From positions 320,001 to 384,000 of the forward strand of contig OZ242376.1 of the NCBI GenBank assembly GCA_965209085.1: a stretch of DNA of 64,000 nucleotides. The letters are read 5' to 3'. Source of the stretch: Nitrosopumilaceae archaeon (GTDB lineage: Archaea > Thermoproteota > Nitrososphaeria > Nitrososphaerales > Nitrosopumilaceae). A model generated the notes under the pieces. That model was not told the origin of the DNA and did not search any database. It saw only the letters and a program-made list of their open reading frames with translations. Numbering within the stretch: the stretch's first letter is position 1; each line of letters starts with the position of its first letter. Below, one piece after another: positions 1 to 9,901 of this stretch. A program made the position numbers and the translations under genes.

Positions 1-2
1 TT

Positions 3-278
3 GCCAAAAGTTTTGCCCGCATACACGAGACAAATCTGAAAAAACAGGGCGTGCTTGCACTGGTTTTTGAAAACTCTGACGATTATGCAAAGGTGCAAGA
101 GGGGGATAAAATATCCCTGCTGGAACTTGGGAGCCTGGCTCCTGACGCGCCGGTAAAATGCATCATACGCCGGAAATCAGGACAGGATGAGATACTGCTG
201 CATCATTCCTATAATAAAATGCAGCTTGAATGGTTTTATGCCGGTTCGGCACTGAACGTTTTGCGCAAAAAACAGTAG
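3..278 (+). CDS. Aconitate hydratase, C-terminal part (5' end outside window)
   Basis: Frame from nt 3 reads AKSFARIHETNLKKQGVLAL..., the aconitase swivel-domain signature, and ends WFYAGSALN. Confidence 0.9.
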   Translation, partial: AKSFARIHETNLKKQGVLALVFENSDDYAKVQEGDKISLLELGSLAPDAPVKCIIRRKSGQDEILLHHSYNKMQLEWFYAGSALNVLRKKQ

Positions 279-282
279 GATG

Positions 283-427
283 TGGGGCCGACCGGAATTG
301 AACCGGCGACCTACGGGTCACTGCAGCTCCAAACTTACATCATTCCTGAGTCAGAAGTTTAGCGACCTCTGGAGCCCTTTGCGGTGATTTATCGCACTGT
401 CGCCCTACCAGGCTAGGCTACGACCCC
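283..427 (-). tRNA. tRNA-Trp(CCA) with two introns (about 378-398 at 28/29; about 319-368 at 37/38)
   Basis: Minus strand GGGGTCG...CGGCCCCA acceptor stem and GCCGG-TTCAATT-CCGGT T-arm; removing both introns restores anticodon arm ACGGG-CTCCAGA-CCCGT and a 74-nt tRNA. Confidence 0.88.
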
Positions 428-504
428 ACGAATGTGCCATGTTGCAACCTGAATTTAAGTTGTTTTTGACAATCTTAATGAATACTCTATAGTGAAAAGC
501 ATGT

Positions 505-1032
505 ATGGTAAAACCTGTAACCGTTTTGGCTGCGGCCATACCCGCAGCTGTTGCAATACTGTTTGCGGCGGCACTTTTGGGACAGGATCAGATTCCGTTT
601 CAGGCTGCCGGTCCATACGACCGACTGGATATAGAGTATGCCCGCCACGAGGTGCGTCTTGTACAGTATGGTGTGGTGGAAAACAAAGTATCGCTATCAA
701 GTGAGTTGCTTTTGCTGCGCGATGACGGTTCTGCAGAATATACTACGGTAACAGCAGATGGCGCATCGTCGACAATACAGTATTCTGTGGGTGCAGATGG
801 CGTCAACCGGCTAAAGGCGCTGATAAAAGAGACGGGGTTTTCCTCCATTAATGCAAAATTTCCAATATCTGAGAACACCCCCGAATATACAGTATCGACA
901 ATAAAGGTAAACCTAAACGGGGATCGATCGCAGATTCGATGGCCCGAGCAGAACGCAACTGACGCGTTTATTCCGCCAGTTATTACAGCAGTAGAGGATG
1001 AGATTGATAAAATAATCCGCATGGCTCCGTAA
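505..1032 (+). CDS. Hypothetical secreted or membrane-anchored protein
   Basis: 175-aa ORF with N-terminal hydrophobic segment. Confidence 0.7.
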   Translation: MVKPVTVLAAAIPAAVAILFAAALLGQDQIPFQAAGPYDRLDIEYARHEVRLVQYGVVENKVSLSSELLLLRDDGSAEYTTVTADGASSTIQYSVGADGVNRLKALIKETGFSSINAKFPISENTPEYTVSTIKVNLNGDRSQIRWPEQNATDAFIPPVITAVEDEIDKIIRMAP

Positions 1033-1105
1033 TTTTTGCAGACTATGGATTCATTGTACAAATCCGTGCCCAAACTAGAAATAGCTACTGCCACTCTCAT
1101 ACAGC

Positions 1106-2062
1106 ATGATCTCACTTGCAGGCAATATTCCTGATGCAAAAGGCAGGGTGGAATCGGAGGGTAGAATTCGAGGATCATCTGAGGTAAAGCGCGGCTTTGC
1201 GCACATGCTAAAGAACGGCGTGGTAATGGACGTTACCACAGTAGAGCAGGCAAAGATTGCGGAAAAAGCCGGAGCTGTTTCTGTAATGGTGCTAGACAAA
1301 CTTCCTTCGGACGTGCGTAAGGCGGGCGGTGTTGCGCGCACTGCAAGTATAAAAATAATAAAAGAAATCATGGATTCAGTTACAATACCTGTAATGGCAA
1401 AATGCCGCATCGGACACGGATATGAGGCAAAAATACTTGCGGAAACGGACGTTGACATGATTGACGAATCTGAAGTTTTAACGCCGGCAGATGAGCTGCG
1501 CCACATTTGGAAATGGGATTACACCACCCCTTTTGTAAACGGAGCTAGGTCTTTGGATGAGGCACTGCGCCGCATAGAAGAGGGCGCAGCTATGATACGC
1601 ACCAAAGGCGAACCGGGTACTGGAAACGTTGCCGAAGCTGTAACCCACATCAAAAAGGTAAATGACGGACTGCGGCTGATAAAATCCGTATACGATTCAG
1701 GCGACACGCAGGAGCTTGTGCGCATATGCCGGCAGATGCGCGTATCGTATGAAATGGTAAAAGAGACCGCAAAACTTGGCCGCCTTCCGGTGGTGAATTT
1801 TGCAGCAGGAGGAATTGCCACACCAGCTGATGCTGCATACCTGATGTCGCTTGGATGCGACGGCGTGTTTGTGGGATCCGGAATATTCTCATCTGATGAT
1901 GCACAACGCCGGGCGCGCTCCATCGTACTTGCCACTACATACTGGAAAAACCCCTCCAAAGTGGCAGAGGCGCAAAATATGATAGACGAGAGGCAGTCAA
2001 TGCTGGGATTGGATGCCGAATCAATCCACCTGAAAATGCAGGAGCGGGGTGCTGACGCATGA
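1106..2062 (+). CDS. pdxS: Pyridoxal 5'-phosphate synthase lyase subunit
   Basis: [53 protein letters not shown] motifs. Confidence 0.97.
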   Translation: MISLAGNIPDAKGRVESEGRIRGSSEVKRGFAHMLKNGVVMDVTTVEQAKIAEKAGAVSVMVLDKLPSDVRKAGGVARTASIKIIKEIMDSVTIPVMAKCRIGHGYEAKILAETDVDMIDESEVLTPADELRHIWKWDYTTPFVNGARSLDEALRRIEEGAAMIRTKGEPGTGNVAEAVTHIKKVNDGLRLIKSVYDSGDTQELVRICRQMRVSYEMVKETAKLGRLPVVNFAAGGIATPADAAYLMSLGCDGVFVGSGIFSSDDAQRRARSIVLATTYWKNPSKVAEAQNMIDERQSMLGLDAESIHLKMQERGADA

Positions 2063-2658
2063 AAACTGTGGGGGTGTATTCTGTACAGGGCGATGTTGCA
2101 GAAAACATTGCAGCACTTGAAAACGCATCACTGCACGGCTCTGTAAAATGCACCGCAAAGACTGTCATATCTCCTGAGCAGATAATGAATCTTGACGCAC
2201 TGGTAATTCCGGGCGGGGAGAGCACCGTGATTGGGGGTGCCGGATTTGAAGATGGGGCACTGCAGGCGATAAAAGACAAAGTCGGTGCCGGAATGCCCGT
2301 ACTTGGAGTGTGCGCCGGAATGGTTTTGCTCTCAAAACAGGCATCGGATAAAACAATCGGAACCACAGGACAGCCGCTGCTAGGACTGCTTGACATGCAG
2401 GTGGAACGCAATTCGTTTGGACGGCAGAGCAAATCATTTGAAACCGATATTGACATAAAAGCGCTTAAAATTACAAAAATGCGCGCGTTGTTTATCCGCT
2501 CGCCTTCCGTACTTGCAACAGGTTCCAAAGTTGAATCCATTGCAGAGTTTGAGGGTAAAATTGTGGCAGTCCGTTCGGGAAAAATATTAGCAACCTCGTT
2601 TCATCCGGAACTTTGCGAGGATACCCTGCTGTATGAGCGGTTCCTTGAAACTATTTGA
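2059..2658 (+). CDS. pdxT: Pyridoxal 5'-phosphate synthase glutaminase subunit
   Basis: IPGGEST, GVCAG nucleophile, RNSFGRQ, FHPE; overlaps pdxS stop. Confidence 0.96.
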   Translation: MKTVGVYSVQGDVAENIAALENASLHGSVKCTAKTVISPEQIMNLDALVIPGGESTVIGGAGFEDGALQAIKDKVGAGMPVLGVCAGMVLLSKQASDKTIGTTGQPLLGLLDMQVERNSFGRQSKSFETDIDIKALKITKMRALFIRSPSVLATGSKVESIAEFEGKIVAVRSGKILATSFHPELCEDTLLYERFLETI

Positions 2659-3250
2659 ACCGCTCTAAAATTGAAAATGCCGCCATGTTGTTCATGGCTA
2701 TTCCGCAGTACTGGGCGTTTTTTCTGGTTTTCTCGCAGTATTTGTTTACTTTTTTGTGGGACTGTTCTGCGGCAATCTCTAGGATGACCGCGTGTTTGTA
2801 GGGAAAATCAAATTTCTGCGGAATCGGGGAATGGATGCGCATATTGCATACGCTTGCAGTACACACCCTGTCCCTTTTCACTACGACTGATGCCACACTT
2901 GATACGTCATCCTCGACTGCCTCGTATTCAAGATAATACGCGCTTACAAACGTGGCCCGGCTCTCCAAGTCGCGATCAAAGAGGTCTTCGGCGGTGTGGA
3001 ATACAAACGATGCCTTTTCGGCGCCGTATCCTGCGACGTCTTTTTCAACCTTTAAAGTATCTGAGCATTTTGCAATCATGTACAAATTGGATGTCTCATT
3101 CAGATACTGCTTTACGTCCCTTGGAAACGTTGCCGTAACAAGGAACACCTCGTGGACGTTTTTGGAGTCAATCCACGAGTCTTTTATCCTGATGGATTCG
3201 GCGTTGTGCATGTCCGGCACGCACACATATCCGTCCATATTTTTACCCAT
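2651..3250 (-). CDS. Hypothetical protein
   Basis: 199-aa ORF filling the space, convergent with pdxT. Confidence 0.65.
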   Translation of the reverse strand: MGKNMDGYVCVPDMHNAESIRIKDSWIDSKNVHEVFLVTATFPRDVKQYLNETSNLYMIAKCSDTLKVEKDVAGYGAEKASFVFHTAEDLFDRDLESRATFVSAYYLEYEAVEDDVSSVASVVVKRDRVCTASVCNMRIHSPIPQKFDFPYKHAVILEIAAEQSHKKVNKYCEKTRKNAQYCGIAMNNMAAFSILERFK

Positions 3251-3373
3251 AAGCCTCTTGTCACGACAACTGCTAGGTAATTAAGATTTACAAAAAACCC
3301 GAGTACGGGGTATCTTCATTTATTGTGCATGCTGTACAAACCTGACATCAATTAAATACATGAGGACATTAGC

Positions 3374-3889
3374 ATGCGTATGTTTGGAGGAAAACCCATT
3401 TTACAGGAGGGCCAGTATGTCTTTGCGGCAGTGGGCAATGATGAATACCGCAACTTTGTAATCGGCGTCGTAACCGGAGTGGACGGCAAAAGCGTGGGCA
3501 TTAACGGAATTCTTGTAAACCCTGTAGGATTAAAAAACAAAGTGGGAGAAAATAAAGCCGGACCGCGTTCGGTGGAAATTCTGACAAATCCCACTTCTGA
3601 GAACTGTATATTTTCGCTGATTTACAGGGTAGAATATGAAAATTTTACCGGCGTACTGCACGAGACTGAAAACCGCATAGAGCACATGCCTCCGCGTACA
3701 TATGCAGTTATTGACGGATGGCTGCGCGAATCAATTCCCGATCTGATAAACGCAGTATTATCACAGAATGCCGGCGATGATCGGGACAAGGCAAAGTCAA
3801 TACTGCGTGGAAAAATGGAATCACTGCGCGAGAAAAGCCTGCGCAGAAACTTGTATTCGGTATGCCGCAGTCTGAAAATTCTGACATAA
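3374..3889 (+). CDS. Hypothetical protein
   Basis: 171-aa ORF with protein-like composition, divergent from previous gene. Confidence 0.7.
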   Translation: MRMFGGKPILQEGQYVFAAVGNDEYRNFVIGVVTGVDGKSVGINGILVNPVGLKNKVGENKAGPRSVEILTNPTSENCIFSLIYRVEYENFTGVLHETENRIEHMPPRTYAVIDGWLRESIPDLINAVLSQNAGDDRDKAKSILRGKMESLREKSLRRNLYSVCRSLKILT

Positions 3890-3930
3890 ATTTTGTAAAT
3901 TGACAATATTTGGAAATAATTTTGCCCGGT

Positions 3931-4233
3931 TTATCCAAACAGTGAAGAGAGGCCTTCCATTGCCTCGTCTGCGGATTTTCCATCCTCTTTGGGTTTTTCT
4001 TCCTTTTTGGCATTGTCTTTGGCTTCTGCTGCAGGTGCTGCCGCGGCTGCAACTGTTACCGGAGCTGCCTTTATGGCCTCTTCGATATTTACGTCTGCGA
4101 GTGCTGCAACTAGGGATTTGACCTGTGCCTCGTTTACATTAGTACCTGCCGCCTTTACAACGGATGTAATGTTTTCTTCACTGACATCTTTTTGCAATTT
4201 GTGCAAAAGCAGTGCCGCATAGACGTATTCCAT
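3931..4233 (-). CDS. rpl12: 50S ribosomal protein P1 (archaeal L12)
   Basis: MEYVYAALLLH, Ala-rich hinge, C-terminal GLSSLFG. Confidence 0.97.
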   Translation of the reverse strand: MEYVYAALLLHKLQKDVSEENITSVVKAAGTNVNEAQVKSLVAALADVNIEEAIKAAPVTVAAAAAPAAEAKDNAKKEEKPKEDGKSADEAMEGLSSLFG

Positions 4234-4286
4234 AAATAAAAGCCCCATGGGACATAATATAAAACTATACTGAGCAGTTGCAGTTC

Positions 4287-5141
4287 CTATTTTGATTCGT
4301 ATTTGGAGGTGGATGCCACAGAAGATGCCTGTGCGTTCGCCTTTTGCAGAATCGGCTTTATTGTATCCTTTGTGGGATATCCTGATTCTGTCGAGAGTGA
4401 GAGTGCGTTTCTTGACGCTTCTGCAAGTATGCCCCTGATGTTTTCTGCTGTAACGTATCCGGCCTTTATTGAGAGCGCTACGGCTTTGGCGTGCGAGCTG
4501 GCAAATTCAGCCCTTATCGCTTCAACGTCAACTAGGAGATCCTCTGCGCTATACATGAGACCATCTTCAAGGGCACCATCAAGCACTATGCCAGCCTCTA
4601 TGGGTTTTATGTCAAGTTTTGTGAGTAATGCTGCAATCTTTTCAGGTACCGGCTCGCCTTTTTTGACCGGTATCGTCTCCTCTGTAATCCAAATGGTGCC
4701 CTGGTCTATCTTTGTGGGTATTTTTGCCTCTTTGAAATCAGTAAGCATGGGTCCTGGAGCGACTCCGGTGTTTTTTGGCGGAACCACCACGTCAATGCTG
4801 GCAATATCGCCGCCTCTGGCGGGCATCATTATTTTGTTTTTAGCCAACAATACGTTGAGCTTGAACGGGGACATGTTTGTAAACATTAGCATGCACTGGC
4901 CGCCGAGACGTTCGGCCATCTCTTTTATGCCTAATTCGCCAAATGCTTTTTTGACCACACGGTTTTTGACGCTTAAAAATTCCACATCTCCGAGAAGTTT
5001 TCTGCGCAGATCAAGTATCTGCGATGCGCGAACTTTGTCCATCTTTACAAGCGCCATTACTTTGTATTTTTTTGGTAGCTCTGTTGCCTGTTTGTACATT
5101 TGCACTTTTTTTTCGGGAAACTTTGTACTGTTTTGTCGCAT
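4287..5141 (-). CDS. rpl10: 50S ribosomal protein uL10 (P0)
   Basis: VKNR, NTGVAPGP, TKIDQGTIWI motifs; operon context. Confidence 0.96.
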   Translation of the reverse strand: MRQNSTKFPEKKVQMYKQATELPKKYKVMALVKMDKVRASQILDLRRKLLGDVEFLSVKNRVVKKAFGELGIKEMAERLGGQCMLMFTNMSPFKLNVLLAKNKIMMPARGGDIASIDVVVPPKNTGVAPGPMLTDFKEAKIPTKIDQGTIWITEETIPVKKGEPVPEKIAALLTKLDIKPIEAGIVLDGALEDGLMYSAEDLLVDVEAIRAEFASSHAKAVALSIKAGYVTAENIRGILAEASRNALSLSTESGYPTKDTIKPILQKANAQASSVASTSKYESK

Positions 5142-5144
5142 TTC

Positions 5145-5804
5145 CTAACCCTTTTTCCTAGTCCGTATGATCTGTTTTACCACCGGTCCCATTGTTGTCT
5201 TTACCAAAATTCTCTTTATGTTTTTCTCGCCGTTTGGAAGTTTCTTTTCAACTGCGTTTATTACGATAAGTGCGTTTGCAGCCAAATCCGCATCGTCCAT
5301 CCCCTCGTTGCCTATTTTACAGGACATTGCAAGCGAGCTGCGTACTCTAACTCTGACCGAAGTGCGGAACCTCTCAAGAAAAGATTCAATCGGTGCGTTG
5401 AACGGAACCGGCGTTGGCATTTTGCCTCTTGGACCAAGCATTTGTCCCAAAACTTTTCCCACCAGGGGCATCAGTTTTGTATCCGCCAGAAAAAAATCAT
5501 ACCTGCCGACAAACTTGCGCGATTCGCGTTTGTTTGTACCAAGCTTGTTTAACTCGTCTGTATCCACCACTTTGTCAGCTTTGGCAGTTTTTGCCTTTAG
5601 GTTCATATCGCCTGTGGCCATTACGCACACCTGCGCTGGAGCACTGGTCTTTGCAAGCTGTACTGTTTCGTTTATGGCAAAACCTTTCTTGACGTCAATG
5701 TCCTTGAATGTCATTATCAGCTCTACTGACTGTTTGAATTTTAGCTTTTTTGCACCATCTTTTGCCTTGTTTACCATCTCTAATATCTCAGATTCTGCTA
5801 CCAT
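5145..5804 (-). CDS. rpl1: 50S ribosomal protein uL1
   Basis: FKQSVEL, LGPRGKMPTP, VKTTMGP motifs. Confidence 0.97.
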   Translation of the reverse strand: MVAESEILEMVNKAKDGAKKLKFKQSVELIMTFKDIDVKKGFAINETVQLAKTSAPAQVCVMATGDMNLKAKTAKADKVVDTDELNKLGTNKRESRKFVGRYDFFLADTKLMPLVGKVLGQMLGPRGKMPTPVPFNAPIESFLERFRTSVRVRVRSSLAMSCKIGNEGMDDADLAANALIVINAVEKKLPNGEKNIKRILVKTTMGPVVKQIIRTRKKG

Positions 5805-5896
5805 GAATTAAAACCCCAATCTCCTATTTAAAATCGTTTAGCGAAGAATACTTTACGGGCATGCTTATTAACATACAAACGACGGTTAAAGAGATA

Positions 5897-6346
5897 ATGC
5901 ACCCTTTTGATGATTTGGACAAAAATCTGCTTACCGAGCTCTCAAAGGACAGTTCCATATCAATACCGCTTTTGGCCAAAAAACTAGACTCCAAACAGTC
6001 GGTTCTGTATGGCCGAATAAAACGCCTGCGCAGTGCGGGGGTCATACAAAAATTTACCATCATCGTAGATGATAAAGTGCTCGGAGTGGGAGTAAAGGCC
6101 ACGATTGGCATATCAAGAAACCCGCAGGTAAAAACCGAGATTCACAAGGCGCTTGAATCCACATCCGAAGTGGATGAGATATCCGAGGTGACCGGCAGAT
6201 TTGACATGCTCGTACGCATACGTGCAAAAGATCTTGAAGGGCTGCACAACATTGTGATAGATAAGATTGGAAAGATAAACGGTATTTACAATACAGAAAC
6301 ATTTATCGATCTGCAAAAAACAGAGAAAAATCCAACATTTTCCTAG
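5897..6346 (+). CDS. Lrp/AsnC family transcriptional regulator
   Basis: DDLDKNLLTELSKD HTH, RIKRLRSAGVIQKFT, EVTGRFD RAM domain. Confidence 0.92.
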   Translation: MHPFDDLDKNLLTELSKDSSISIPLLAKKLDSKQSVLYGRIKRLRSAGVIQKFTIIVDDKVLGVGVKATIGISRNPQVKTEIHKALESTSEVDEISEVTGRFDMLVRIRAKDLEGLHNIVIDKIGKINGIYNTETFIDLQKTEKNPTFS

Positions 6347-6825
6347 GCGAACGCCTGATCCCACTTGCCTTCGTTTATCTCAGCTGTAGCTTCGGCGGGA
6401 GTCTTACCCTCCACCTTTATGCCAAGCGTCCGGCAGGTGCCTACAATCGACTTTACAACCGATTTAAGAGATGTCGCATACGAATCATCCATCTTTGTTT
6501 TTGCCACTTTGGCAATGGATTCCATCTTTATGTCGCCAACCCATTCGGTGCCTGCGGTTCCGGTGCCTTTTTTAATTCCAATTTCTTTTAAAATAAGGGC
6601 TGATGCGGACGGAATGCCTATTGTAATGTCCCATTTTTTCGTGTCCGTATCAATTGAAACCGTAACAGGAACCTTCATGCCTTCAAAATCTTTTGTCTTT
6701 TCGTTGATGGCGTTTACGATCTCCATTATATTGACGCCAAGCGGACCCAAAGCCGGACCCAAAGGAGGACCAGCGGATGCTGCACCGCCCGTAACCAGTG
6801 ATGATATTTTCTGCATTTCGCCCAT
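6343..6825 (-). CDS. rpl11: 50S ribosomal protein uL11
   Basis: GGAASAGPPLGPALGPLGVN signature. Confidence 0.98.
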   Translation of the reverse strand: MGEMQKISSLVTGGAASAGPPLGPALGPLGVNIMEIVNAINEKTKDFEGMKVPVTVSIDTDTKKWDITIGIPSASALILKEIGIKKGTGTAGTEWVGDIKMESIAKVAKTKMDDSYATSLKSVVKSIVGTCRTLGIKVEGKTPAEATAEINEGKWDQAFA

Positions 6826-6853
6826 TACAAACGCGTATCCTTGTACATGTGAT

Positions 6854-7321
6854 TTATTCCTTGCCTTTGACTTCTGCGGGTTTTAGATAGTTTGCATCCA
6901 CGGTTACGGGAAGCTGGTATGCGGCGTCTAGCAGCACGACTGTCGCCTCTTCTTTTTCATGATCAATCCTTGATACTGTGGCATTCATTCCCTTGAACGG
7001 ACCGCCGGTAATCTCAACAGTGCCGTCCACATGGAGCTGTTTTACGGTGGATCTCTTTACAAGATAACCCTCTATATCGTCAAATGTAAGCTCCCCTCTC
7101 AGCTGTCCCCTGATGTGGCGCACTCCGTCCACTGCCTGGTATGCAGCATTTGGGTTTTCAACCTCTACTACAACGTATCCTTTTAATCCGTCCACCAAAA
7201 GTACGGACATTACGTTGAGTTTGTTCCTGCGTGCCTTTACCTCCAAAAGACCCATGACGACCTTTTCCTGACCTCCGGTGGTTCTGATTGCAAACAGGTG
7301 GGATTGTTTCTCTTCGGACAT
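6854..7321 (-). CDS. spt5: Transcription elongation factor Spt5 (NusG)
   Basis: RTTGGQE NGN domain, LKGYVVVE, KOW motif VEITGGPFKG. Confidence 0.96.
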   Translation of the reverse strand: MSEEKQSHLFAIRTTGGQEKVVMGLLEVKARRNKLNVMSVLLVDGLKGYVVVEVENPNAAYQAVDGVRHIRGQLRGELTFDDIEGYLVKRSTVKQLHVDGTVEITGGPFKGMNATVSRIDHEKEEATVVLLDAAYQLPVTVDANYLKPAEVKGKE

Positions 7322-7322
7322 T

Positions 7323-7496
7323 TTATTCACCAATTGTGATTACCGAAAAGACAAACTGGATGATAAATCCGATTGTACCCACTCCGGCTATACCCAAAAG
7401 CACCAGCCGCAGGTGTTGTACATAGTCTTCCTTGTCGGATTTTTTGGCAATCTTTATCGTATTTGACATGTTTCTCAGCGTCTGTCTTGGGTTCAC
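7323..7496 (-). CDS. secE: Protein translocase subunit SecE/Sec61-gamma (not in ORF track)
   Basis: Hand translation from GTG: MNPRQTLRNMSNTIKIAKKSDKEDYVQHLRLVLLGIAGVGTIGFIIQFVFSVITIGE; canonical position upstream of spt5. Confidence 0.93.
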   Translation of the reverse strand: MNPRQTLRNMSNTIKIAKKSDKEDYVQHLRLVLLGIAGVGTIGFIIQFVFSVITIGE

Positions 7497-7533
7497 GGGG
7501 GCAATTATTAAGGCGTCCTTATATCCCTTTCAT

Positions 7534-8310
7534 GTGGATTTGTTAGTGGCATCGCGTGAGGATCCCGCCGGTCTGAACATGGCCAATCACATAGCTTCAG
7601 GCATGAATGGCTCCGGCTCTGAATTTTCCGGTGATCTCTATGATCTGCTGATAATTGACACTCCTACAATCTCATCTGATCATCTCTCCGGTATGACCGG
7701 ATATGATGCATGCGTATTTTTATCGCGGCATGCTGCCGAATCCGGCAAACTTGCTTTGACGTGCCACTGTACTGGAAATTTCAACGACGCACTATATGGG
7801 GGATTTCCAAAACAGATGGCAGTGCCGTACCCGGCGTTTCAAAAACAGTACATGAAGGTTCTCTTGGAGAGGGAAAAAGAGTTTGAAAGATTTCAAATTA
7901 CACTGGAAGCTACGCACCATGGTCCGACATCGCTTGGGATTCCGTCCGTATTTGTAGAGGTTGGAACAACGCCGGAACAGTGGAACGATACCCTGCTGTG
8001 CGCCAGGGTTGCTGACGCTGTGACAGAAACGTACAGGAGAAAAATACCCGAGGCTCCGCACGCAATATGCTTTGGCGGAACGCACTATCCTGAAAAATTT
8101 ACAGAAATGGTTTTGCACGGCAAATACGCCCTTGGAACAATCGTGCCAAAACATTCCATGGAATACGTTGATGGGAAAATGTTTTCACACATACTAGAGC
8201 GCAATCCTGGTGTAAAAACCGTGCTGCTTGATTCTGGGGGACTTGGAAAGTACAAGGCGGACATTGTATCAATGGCCGAAACATCAAATCTTGAGGTTGT
8301 AAAACTGTGA
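7534..8310 (+). CDS. dtdA: D-aminoacyl-tRNA deacylase (DTD2/GEK1 type)
   Basis: VASREDPAG, FLSRH, LTCHCTGN, EATHHGPT, FVEVG, GGTHY motifs; GTG start inferred. Confidence 0.93.
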   Translation: MDLLVASREDPAGLNMANHIASGMNGSGSEFSGDLYDLLIIDTPTISSDHLSGMTGYDACVFLSRHAAESGKLALTCHCTGNFNDALYGGFPKQMAVPYPAFQKQYMKVLLEREKEFERFQITLEATHHGPTSLGIPSVFVEVGTTPEQWNDTLLCARVADAVTETYRRKIPEAPHAICFGGTHYPEKFTEMVLHGKYALGTIVPKHSMEYVDGKMFSHILERNPGVKTVLLDSGGLGKYKADIVSMAETSNLEVVKL

Positions 8311-8609
8311 GTGAGCTCTCATCACGCGTGTACAAAAAACTTCTCAAAGTTCCAAAGGGGCGCGTTACAACGTATGCGGAACTTGCAAGGGCAGTGGGCG
8401 TTGAAAACGGCCAGCGCGCCATTGGAAATATTATGAACAAAAACCCAAACCCGATAATCGTCCCGTGCCACCGGGTGGTAAGATCCGACGGCTCGATAGG
8501 CGGATACGCGTTTGGTCAGGCAGAGAAAGAGCTTCTTTTATCATCAGAAGGCGTAAACATAAAGGACGGCCGCATTGTAAATATGGACGAGACAGTATAC
8601 CGGTTTTAG
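8307..8609 (+). CDS. ogt: Methylated-DNA-protein-cysteine methyltransferase (C-terminal domain only)
   Basis: VPKGRVTTYAELA, RAIG, PCHRVV active site. Confidence 0.92.
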   Translation: MSELSSRVYKKLLKVPKGRVTTYAELARAVGVENGQRAIGNIMNKNPNPIIVPCHRVVRSDGSIGGYAFGQAEKELLLSSEGVNIKDGRIVNMDETVYRF

Positions 8610-9061
8610 GATTTTTTTACAACCAGCACTTCTGCCATAAGGGAACGCAGGTGTGCCTTGTTTCTTATCGTATTTCCTCGCGCCATCTTGTAGAGTTTCC
8701 AAAATTCTTCGTTTGGCAGCTCGCCGCGGTCTTTTGCAACTCCAAGCAGATATCTTAACGAGCGGATCTTTTTGACATAGACTTGTTTTTTGCCAACCCT
8801 TGCTCCTTTTCTGCCCTGTTTGGAGCCGGCTTTTTTTCCGCGTTTTGTTTTCTGCAGTTTCTTTTGATGCGCCCTGCCGCGGGATGTTCCAACTATGGGT
8901 TTGAATGTAATTGTATTTGCAGTAATCAGACCGCGTACGTTCTCGCGGGTAATTGCATCTGCAATATCTTCCAAATGATCATTGTCGAATCTGATGCGGT
9001 GTATTCCGACACCGGTAACCCTGGAGACCAGGCGTTTTTTTGCCCTAAGATTTACTACCAA
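8606..9061 (-). CDS. rpl19e: 50S ribosomal protein eL19
   Basis: LRAKKRL, AITRENVR, SRGRAH motifs. Confidence 0.95.
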   Translation of the reverse strand: MVVNLRAKKRLVSRVTGVGIHRIRFDNDHLEDIADAITRENVRGLITANTITFKPIVGTSRGRAHQKKLQKTKRGKKAGSKQGRKGARVGKKQVYVKKIRSLRYLLGVAKDRGELPNEEFWKLYKMARGNTIRNKAHLRSLMAEVLVVKKS

Positions 9062-9449
9062 CCGGACTCACTCTTGCGTTAAACACTTTGAATTTTGCCT
9101 CAATGGCAGCTGCTACGATAACCCTGCGGTTTTTTGCCCCGACACTGTGACCCAATCTTATTCCGTCTTTTTTCGGATCAAGACCTTTGAGATTATTTGT
9201 ACAGTATACAAGATTATCAGTTAAACCGGACGGATGCAATCCGCGGCTTACCCTTGGACCGCCGTATCCTATTTTTACAATTCCTGGGCGTCCTCTACTT
9301 TTCTGCTTGCGCTGGTGGTTGTCAACTCCCTTTGGTTTTCTCCACGTGGTGCGCAGCCTGACATATCTCCAGCTCTCGGGTCTGATGAATTTTGGACGGT
9401 TGGATGATTCCTTTGTCCTCTTTTCCATCATCTCAGCGTTAATTGGCAT
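9045..9449 (-). CDS. rpl32e: 50S ribosomal protein eL32
   Basis: PKFIRPE, WRKPKGVD, GLHPSG motifs. Confidence 0.96.
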   Translation of the reverse strand: MPINAEMMEKRTKESSNRPKFIRPESWRYVRLRTTWRKPKGVDNHQRKQKSRGRPGIVKIGYGGPRVSRGLHPSGLTDNLVYCTNNLKGLDPKKDGIRLGHSVGAKNRRVIVAAAIEAKFKVFNARVSPVGSKS

Positions 9450-9901
9450 AATCGGACTTTTGGAATTTTGGAATAAATAGGTTGCCTAAATATCTCATTG
9501 GCTATTATCATAAAAATCGCATACTTTTGATCTAGGGTGATGATTGTGGGAATAGTGTCACAAATGGACACATGTCTCTCATTATTTCATTGGAAAAGCA
9601 GCCCCTAGCGGATACTGGACAAAAATATAGAAAAATGCAAAGAATATCTAAAAAAGCGGCACATGGATTATACTCCCATCCTCATTTATTATGTAAATTC
9701 TAGGTACGATGCGTCATACTATTTCACGACTCTCAACTGTACAAAACCTGTGAGTTTAGCATCTAATCTTATTTTGTGCTTGATTCTTAATTATTTGTGT
9801 GGATTCGGTACATTGTGAATTCGTATAAACTTGTACTAGCAAGAAATAATAAGGATTTTTCAAGGTCATGAATTGATCCCCATGAAAACGGCAAAGTCAG
9901 G

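Noticed and set aside
4303-5811. Long plus-strand ORFs of 281 and 214 aa
   Set aside because: Antisense to rpl10 and rpl1
9480-9900. Long AT-rich intergenic region with short open frames
   Set aside because: No recognisable protein motif, RNA structure or repeat; could be a remnant but is unsupported
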